Origin: Monocercomonoides exilis PA203 | Lineage: Eukaryota; Protista; Preaxostyla | Assembly: GCA_001643675.2 (NCBI GenBank) | Contig: LSRY02000044.1 | Location: 62,001 to 126,000 of the forward strand | Direction of reading: 5' to 3' | Length of the DNA stretch: 64,000 bases | The notes under the pieces: model-generated | Databases searched by the model: none | What the model saw: the letters and a program-made list of their open reading frames with translations, nothing else | What the model was told of the DNA's origin: nothing | Position numbers and translations under genes: made by a program | Shown here: positions 56,456 through 64,000 of the stretch, piece after piece | Layout: each line of letters starts with the position of its first letter | How positions within the stretch are numbered: the first letter of the stretch is position 1

Positions 56456-59400
56456 ATGAAAAAATTCAAACAATACGTTCAAGTTTTGTTGCAAACAAGA
56501 GGTTTTTCTTGTTATTGTCTATGCGTTTTATATGGATTTTGTATTTCGTCCAAATAGAAAAACTTCCTGATCTTTCATTTAGTGAAAAAATTTTTCCTAT
56601 TATTTTAGATTTACAGGAATCATTTTTGGAAAGAAATGTTCATGAAAAATTTGAGGATCTTTTCTTGATGCTAATCCAAATTTTAAATTCTTCCGAAGAA
56701 ATAATAATTGAAACAAGCCCAGAAGTATTTTCTGCACTTTTTGATGTACTCAAAAAAGCGATACATTTTCTACGGAATGGAAAGTTTGCTGATTTTCGAC
56801 AATAAACTTTTTTTTCTAGTTTTTTTTCTTATTTGTTATTATGATTTATAAAAGTGTATTAGAAGAAAATCAGAGAAAAATTGGATTCGAATTTTTACGT
56901 AATTGCCTTCATTTTTTGATTAGAATCATTAAAAATCGAGAAGATGTTTCAGATTCTATTGAAATATTATCAATGATTTTCCCATCGGACAAAAAGAAAT
57001 TTGTGAGTGATGAAGAATCAAGATTATTGCCTATTCGATTTCTTCAAAAAAGGAAAAAACATTTTTCAGACGATGCATTGCGCACCAAAGGCATTGAAGT
57101 GCATTTGCGTCTTTTGAAAATTGCGTTTAAGGAAAATCTCATACAAATTATTTCGCAAAAATTACATTCTCTCTTTGAAAGTTCAATTCAAAAACAGAAA
57201 TTTCCAGTTTCAGTAAATTATTTTCTAAGCCTCATCAAACCACTTGCTAATGTTTGTCATAAATTTTTCTGTTGAATTCAAATAATTATTGTATCATTTT
57301 GAATAATTTTTGACATTGTTTTCATTTTTTGAACAGGCAGCAATTTATCTTCATCCATCGTGCCTTAAAGACATCCCCAAAATATTCACTGGTCTCCTTT
57401 CTTTGGTGAAAGAAAACGTTCGCTTTGAAGAACTTGAACCAAAAAAGATTAAAAACGTCTACAAAGTCATTTCATTAGTTGAGCAGATATCTCACTATAT
57501 GAGTCATGTATGTCTTTTTGTTCATCTTGCTTAAATTTATGAATAATGTTTAAAAAATTATAATTATAATTATAACTATAATTATTATTTTTGACATATT
57601 TGTCAATTTTGACATGTTAATCGCTATCTGTTTTAATTAATAAATAAATAAATTAATAATTTTCAATGTTAGTTTCCAACCCAAGTAACCAGCAATCTTG
57701 TTGAGACAACTGTTCTCCATCTCTCTCTGCGTCTGATCTCCCACAGCGCGCAGCACATCCGCCTCGCCGGGCTGAGGCTCTTCCGCACTTTCACACACTC
57801 TCTGGCAGACCTGTACAAACCCTCGTTCTTCCACAAGGCCAGCGCAGGGGTGTTCTTCAGCAACAGCAGCGATGTCCTTCAGAAACACCCGGGCGATCAA
57901 TCAACTCGGACTTCTCGGCCTTCTCAATTTTCTCAATTTTCTCCGTCTTCTCAATCAATTTATTCTGCCAATCGCTCTTCTCAGCAGCCATATTTCACTC
58001 CACTGACTGACTCATCACAGGATCCTTTGTCAGACTATCAGTCATCATCATCATCACCTTCTTCTTCCTCCTCTTCCTCTTCCTCAACCAAATCCTCACG
58101 CACACTAACTTTCCCGAAGTTCAATGCCAAAGAGCAAACAAGCCGCCCAATCGAGTTTGCAGGCGATCTTCACTGCGACTCTGTGCTTATTCGCCCATTC
58201 ACCATTGGCGGAGACGAGCTGGTGGAGATTGTGTGTGAGTCCCCGGCAGTTAAGCTGCTGCAGAGGGAGATGGGCGAAGTGAAGAAAGGGCTGGCGCTGA
58301 AGAGGCTGCAGCGCGATCGGTGCTTCCAACAGGGGAAGATGGAGATGATGAGGGGGATTACAAGCAGGGGAGAAGAAGAAGAAGGAAAAGAAGAAGAAGA
58401 AGAAGAAAAAGGAGAAGGAGAAAAAGGAAAAGAAGAGCAGAGAGAACAAGAAGGAGGATTGAAAGAGGTGCTGAAGGAAGAGGCTGAGCTGTTAAAGATG
58501 ATGAAAGATGGCATTGAAGGAAAAGGAGATGAGGCGATGGAAGTGGAAAATGCAATTGAATTTGTAGCAGCAGCTGAAAAAGAAGAAGCAGAAGCAAGAG
58601 AAAGAGAAAGAGAAAGAGAAAGAGAAAGAGAAAGAGAAAGAGCAATGGCATTAGCCAAAGTGAGAGAAGAGGAAGAAGCAGCAAAAGCAAATGCAGCCAA
58701 AACGAAAGAAGAAGCAGAAGAAGCAGCATATTTGCAAGGAGTGTCAGAAGTGCCTGTGATGTCAGCGCTGATGTTTCTATTGACGTCTGCTGGCTTGTCA
58801 GGCGACGAAGAAGCAGAACTGGCTGAGCATAGTTTGAGCGAGCTGACTAATTTCTTCCCGTTCAGCGGCGAATGCTTCGAAGCGCTGCTGAGGATGTGTT
58901 ATGACGAGGAGACGATGAATGAGGCTGGGGCTGTGGCGGAAAGGCTGCTGATGGAGGCGAAAAGGAAGTGGAAGGCAGAGAGAGGGGAGGGAGAGAAGAA
59001 GGGAAGGGAAGATGGAGAAAGAGAAGGAAATGCAGAAGAGAGCATGAGAAATGCGAGCGATGTGAAAAGGCTGCTGGGTGTGCTGGACGCGGAAGAAGGC
59101 GTCGAGTTCCAGAGGTTTCTTCTTCAGACAGTCAGTCTGCAGCACTACGGAGAAGCAGGTTCTCCTGAGGCGATGATGCACTTCCACCCTGAGCTGCCTC
59201 TGTGCGCCAGCACCATTCTGCGCTGTGTTGTTCGCAATATGCCTGTGGAGTCGCTGATGCTGCTGTTTGCGGCAGAAAAAGCGAAGATACGCAGAAACGG
59301 AAGGATGTTTGATGAATTTGTGGAGGGGATTGATGCTTTTGCAGCTGCAACAGCAGCAGCAGGTGGTGGATTAGGAGGAGTAGGAGGAGGTTATGGAGGA

Positions 59401-60326
59401 GGTGGTGCTATGTATTCTTCCTCCTCTTTTTATCCTTCTAATCCTTATTTCCCTTCTGTTCCTTCAGTTTCTTCAGTGCCAACTGTTCTGTCTCATCCAG
59501 CACATCCTTCTCTGTTCTCCATCGACTCCACCACTCTTCAGAACCGCATTGTGAGTGCGCTCTTTGAAGACGGCGAAGAAGGCAAAGTAGCCGAATTGCT
59601 GAAGCTTCGCTCGATGTGCTCTGTTGCTGGGGAAGACTTGTATCTTCTGGCTGAGTTCTTCCAGGCGCTGGGCAGCCGTGTGGGGGAGATGGCAGAGGAG
59701 AGGAGGAAGAAAGCGGGTGGGAAGGGGGAGAAGGAGCTGCTGGCAGAAGGGATGATGAAGGAGATGCTGCTGCTGTTTCTGGTGCTTGTGATGGATGACA
59801 ATGACAGAATACTCGGGACATGCTTCAGACAGAACGAGGATGTGAGAGAAGGGAACATGCAAAATGCAATGAGCAATTGTGAATATGTTGGAAATAGCAG
59901 AGAGGAAGCTTATAATAATGGCCCTTTCTCTTCTTACACTTTTCATCCTCCTCATTCTCCTCCTCCTTCCTCTTTGTCACCACCACCATATGCATCATCA
60001 TCATCATCATCATCTTCTTCTTCTTCTTCATCAACAGCACACAACATCCAGCCAACTCAGTTTGTCTGCCCAGTCAACACAACTCCCCGGGATCTCTTCA
60101 CAGCTGCAATGGACTGCCTTCATCAATGCTTTGCCTCTCTTCCTTCGAGCGAGCTCTGTATGGATGTGCTTCGTGAGTGCTTGTTCCACATCCAACGTGA
60201 CCGATCCACTACTCAAATGACTATTCTGCTGGAAATGCTCTTCAAACAGTGTGAGGCTGTCATTGACACGGAGCTGAAGGCAGAGGGCGTTGCTTCTCTT
60301 TTCCAGGCAAAGGGCATCAGAAACAA

Positions 60327-60362
<36 letters not shown>

Positions 60363-60645
60363 GAAAGGAGAGCTTGTCTTCAAAGAGAAGATGTTCAGCC
60401 CAGGAAAAATGGAGTTGTCAGCTGAGCTGCTGAAGATGAATGTGGTTGAGATGGTTTTGACTTCTATCAGACAATTTCGCCGAACAGTTTATTTGTATTT
60501 CTCCGAGCAGCCAGCAGCACCTCAGTCTCTTCACTTATCCAATGTTTCTTCAATGCCTGCTCACTCACTGACACCTCCTCCTCTTTCTCCTCTTTCTCCT
60601 CCTTCAATACACGATATGCCATCATCTACTCCATTCCCTTTCTTC

Positions 60646-60677
<32 letters not shown>

Positions 60678-63600
60678 CTCTTCTTCTTCTTCTTCCTCTT
60701 CTTCCTCCTCCTCTGTCAAGACTCTTCCCACTGAGCCTGTCTCCTCTCAGAGGCTGGGTGCCTACACTGTCCGCGAGCACAGCCACTTCCGCCTCTCTTT
60801 CCTCGCCTGCCTTCTCAAGTCCCTCACCCCCATCGCCATCGGCGTCACCGCCGGCGCTGTGAAGCCAATCCAGCGCTTTGCCCCTGCCTCGCTGAGGGGA
60901 ATGGCTGAGGCAGCAGCAGAGCTGGAGAGGGTGTGGTGCCTGCTGATCAAAGAACCGCTGACAGACGGAGAAAGAGAAGACGCGCTGAATATGTTCATTC
61001 CGATGTTCTGCGAGCTGGTGCAGATGGCGTTTGTGAATGACAACAAAACAGCTGGAAGGGCGTCTTTGGAGACAAGAACAACTTCTTTTCAACAGTTCAC
61101 TCCATCTCAATATCTTCCTTCTCCTCAGCAATCATCATCATCAACATCATCATCTAACTTCTCTTTATATCTTCCTTCTAATACTCCTTCATGCCCTCCT
61201 CCTCAGCCACCCCCTTACACAGCATATCAGCTGATGGTAATGTGCACCAACCGCCTTCTATCCAGAACATGTGTCTCTGTCGTGCCTCTTTCTGTGTCGC
61301 CCACCAGGCTTCTGCTTTCTCCAGGTGATTTCTGCATCTTCAGGAGATTGTTTGAGGCAGTCAATTTGGAGATGGGTAGGATGAATGTGGTGCTGGATGA
61401 AGGAGACGGGAAGAAAAGAGGAGAAGACGAGGAAGGCGGAAGGAAAGAAAGAGAAGGAGAAGGAGAAAGAGAAGGGCAAGAGACAGTGAGGTATGAGTGG
61501 AATGAAGGAGCAGAGATTATTGGAGAGGCAGAGCTGTGGAACATCGCAATGATGTGGCCTGTTGATGGTCCGAAGAAAGGAAACGAAGTTGGTTTAATTG
61601 GAAGCTCCAACAAGAATTCTTCTTCTTATTCTTCTTCCTCTTCCTCTTCCTCCTCATCAACAGCAAGCAATGATAAACAGAAAAAACGGCCGAACAAAAT
61701 GACTACGATATTCAGCCAGACAGGTTTTGGGCAGGAGAAAAGGGAGGAGATGAACGAGGCGATGGAGCTGATCTTTTTGCAGTGTGTCCCCAACAAAGCG
61801 AAGAAGACAGACGATTCGTCGTGTGGAAGGAGGAAAGATGCAATCAGACGGATTGCGAAGGAGGTTGAAGAGCTGCTGAAGATCAGAAGGATTCCGAGGA
61901 AGACGCTGGAGAGAGAGAATTCTGTGGACATCACAAACACTCAGCTCCAAATGGCACAGACTGCTTTTCCGGTTTCTCTTTCTTCTTCTGCCTCTTCTTC
62001 CTCTTCATCTTCCTCCTCTTCCTCTCCTTCACTCCATCTGCCTCAGTCATTACAAGCACAGCTCATCCGCACTGAGAATGCTCTTCTTTTGTTGCTCCAT
62101 CTGATCTATGCGTGTCTTCCCCCAGCCACTCCCTTCGAGCGCATCAAGCAGCACACAGGCGACTCCACCTCTGCCTTTGGCATCTCCTTCTCCGCCTCCA
62201 CAGCTCTGCCTGACTTGCACACCTATTTCCGAGTCGGGGACTATGGATTAGTTGAGGTTGTGCTCACCCACGCTGACTGCATCCAGTCGCTCCGTCTGCG
62301 CATAGCAGACAAGCTGAAAGTGCCTCCGACAGACATCAAAGTCAACTACGGCGGGACCGACTACTCGTTCAGGAAGAACCTCCTTTTCGACTACTTCGGC
62401 AGAGAGAACGTGGAGAAGCTGGAGATTGACGTTGCTGTGTATGATCGCAAGCCCCCTCTGGATCCACACGACCCACTTGCGTTTCCTGAGAAGTCCTATC
62501 CACCTTCGTTCATCCTCTCTGAAGGCACAGAGCCGCAGGCGCTGTTTAGCAGCTCGGCGCATCTTTTGACCGATCTGATTGACTTGACGCCTGGCCTGAT
62601 GAGTCTGTGCAGACACTTGTTCTTCTTCTTCCCGCCGGGCGAGGCACTCCGCCGCGAAATCTTCAGGGCAAAACAAGGCACAGACTGGACCCAGATCTTC
62701 TGTGTGTCGTCGATCTACAGCCTCTACACTCAGAGCCAGCTGCAGGATGAGGCGAATGCTTTGCACATTTCTTCTTCTTCTTCTTCACAGTCATCTTCAT
62801 CATCGTCATCCTCTTCTTCTTCTTCCTCTTTATCATCATCTTCTTCTTCTTCTTCAATGTCAATCAAACCAGAAATCTCCCAATCCAAATCCAAACATCA
62901 GAAGCCCAACTCTTCTCTTCAGGCCTCGTGGCAGAGCAAACTGGAGATCGCTCTGAACGAAGTTGAGCAGCTGGTGAACCAGACGCAGCCACTCACTGAC
63001 TTCGACATGTTGGATGCTGATGTGTACAAAAAGCTCATCTGCTTCGTGAATGGGCCCGAATACACGCCGGATGACTTGCAGCACTGGAGATTCCGCTTCA
63101 TCGAGTCAGGAGGGCTCAGCTGTCTGCTCTCCATCCTCATCAACACTCCCATTCAGCCAGAACTTATCCCAGATGAATTCATGCAAAGCAGCAGCCAGGC
63201 ACTTGAATCGCATCGTTTGTCTTCTATGCCTTCTTCTATTTCTTCTTCGATGCCTTCTTCAATGTCTTCGTCTTCAGACAATTCAGCTGCTGCGTCAAAC
63301 AATTTGAACTCCTCAGCCATCAATCCTTACCCCCATCTCCCTCCTCGTCTGCTCTTCCTCCTTATGCGCATCGTATTTATGTTCATTTTGAACTCTTCAA
63401 CTTCTCCTTCTTCTGTGGCGTCAGTAGTAGCAGCTCAATATCCCTCATTCATCCGCCCGCCTGTTCTGATGGAGTATGTCACCACGTATGCGCTGAGTCA
63501 GTGTCCTGTCAGTTGCATCTGCACCACACCTGAAGTCGCTGCTCACCACACAAATGAAGAGCTTTTAGCGACAACTGCCTCCCTCAGCTCCCCAATTTCT

Positions 63601-64000
63601 CAAATCATTGTGTTCTTCACCCGCCTCTTGCAGCTGTATGCCCTCTTTGCCTGCCGCCTCACGATGAGCAACCCGTTTTTGAGTGCTCATCCGACATACA
63701 CAAAATTGTCTTCTGTTTCAGCGGGTGGATCAGTTCAGTCTCAAACAGCACCAAACATTCTGTCCTATTCGCCGTTTGCCACCAAGATGAGGGCAGATAA
63801 GATATCTGAGTATTCCTCTATCACTCCCATCAACGCTGAAGGGGAGCTTCGAGAATCAAGTTCCATTTCGATGAAGGAGCTGCTGTCGTCGTGGAGTGGA
63901 GAAAGAAACACGCTGAATACGCTCCTGACAGAAACACAAGAACAGTTTGAAGCGCTTTTCCAGAAGCCGAAGACTATCGCAAAGACGTTTGCGTATTATT
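56456..64000 (+). CDS. Second giant USP24/34-like protein, N-terminal part (3'-partial); not reported by the ORF track
   Basis: Short AT-rich 5' exons (about 56456-57507), then frame +1 is open from the acceptor at 57673 to the window end. LSLRLISHSAQHIRLAGLRLF resembles the USP34 RLAGL motif. Ubl-like VVLTHADCIQSLRLRIADKLKV (about 62260) and WRFRFIESGGLSCLLSIL (about 63085) parallel motifs in the upstream USP. The catalytic domain is expected beyond the window. Confidence 0.75.
58597..58642 (+). repeat. (AGAGAA)n coding repeat encoding (RE)n
   Basis: About 7 hexamer units inside the second USP-like gene. Confidence 0.85.

Noticed and set aside
1-64000. Genome-wide non-standard genetic code (TAR=Gln)
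   Set aside because: PPDK, CDC50, dynein and USP all end at TAA, and multi-kb ORFs lack in-frame TAA/TAG.

Overview
Eukaryotic protist genomic DNA with short AT-rich GT-AG introns and the standard genetic code. It is most likely an oxymonad such as Monocercomonoides; this is inferred from an intron-containing PPDK, TCN-microsatellite poly-serine-inflated giant proteins and a beta-helix receptor/pseudokinase gene. Gene order: (1) 3' part of a highly divergent outer-arm (gamma/DNAH5-8-like) dynein heavy chain with large low-complexity insertions; (2) 7-exon FtsX/MacB-type permease; (3) pyruvate phosphate dikinase, whose long second intron holds a candidate box C/D snoRNA with a 15-nt guide to the LSU rRNA peptidyl-transferase region; (4) SRR1-like gene; (5) CDC50/LEM3 flippase subunit; (6) an approximately 16-kb transposon-rich island with fold-back elements, two TA-flanked Tc1/mariner-pogo MITEs, a Merlin-type MITE with an 8-bp TSD and a decayed pogo-like DDE transposase, surrounding an intronless 2,300-aa beta-helix/TM/pseudokinase receptor; (7) two giant tandem USP9/24/34-like deubiquitinase paralogues flanking a secreted Gly/Tyr/Met- and Cys-rich, chorion-like candidate cyst-wall protein. 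The second USP paralogue is missed by the ORF track. All homology calls are motif recognition by eye; no database searches were run.
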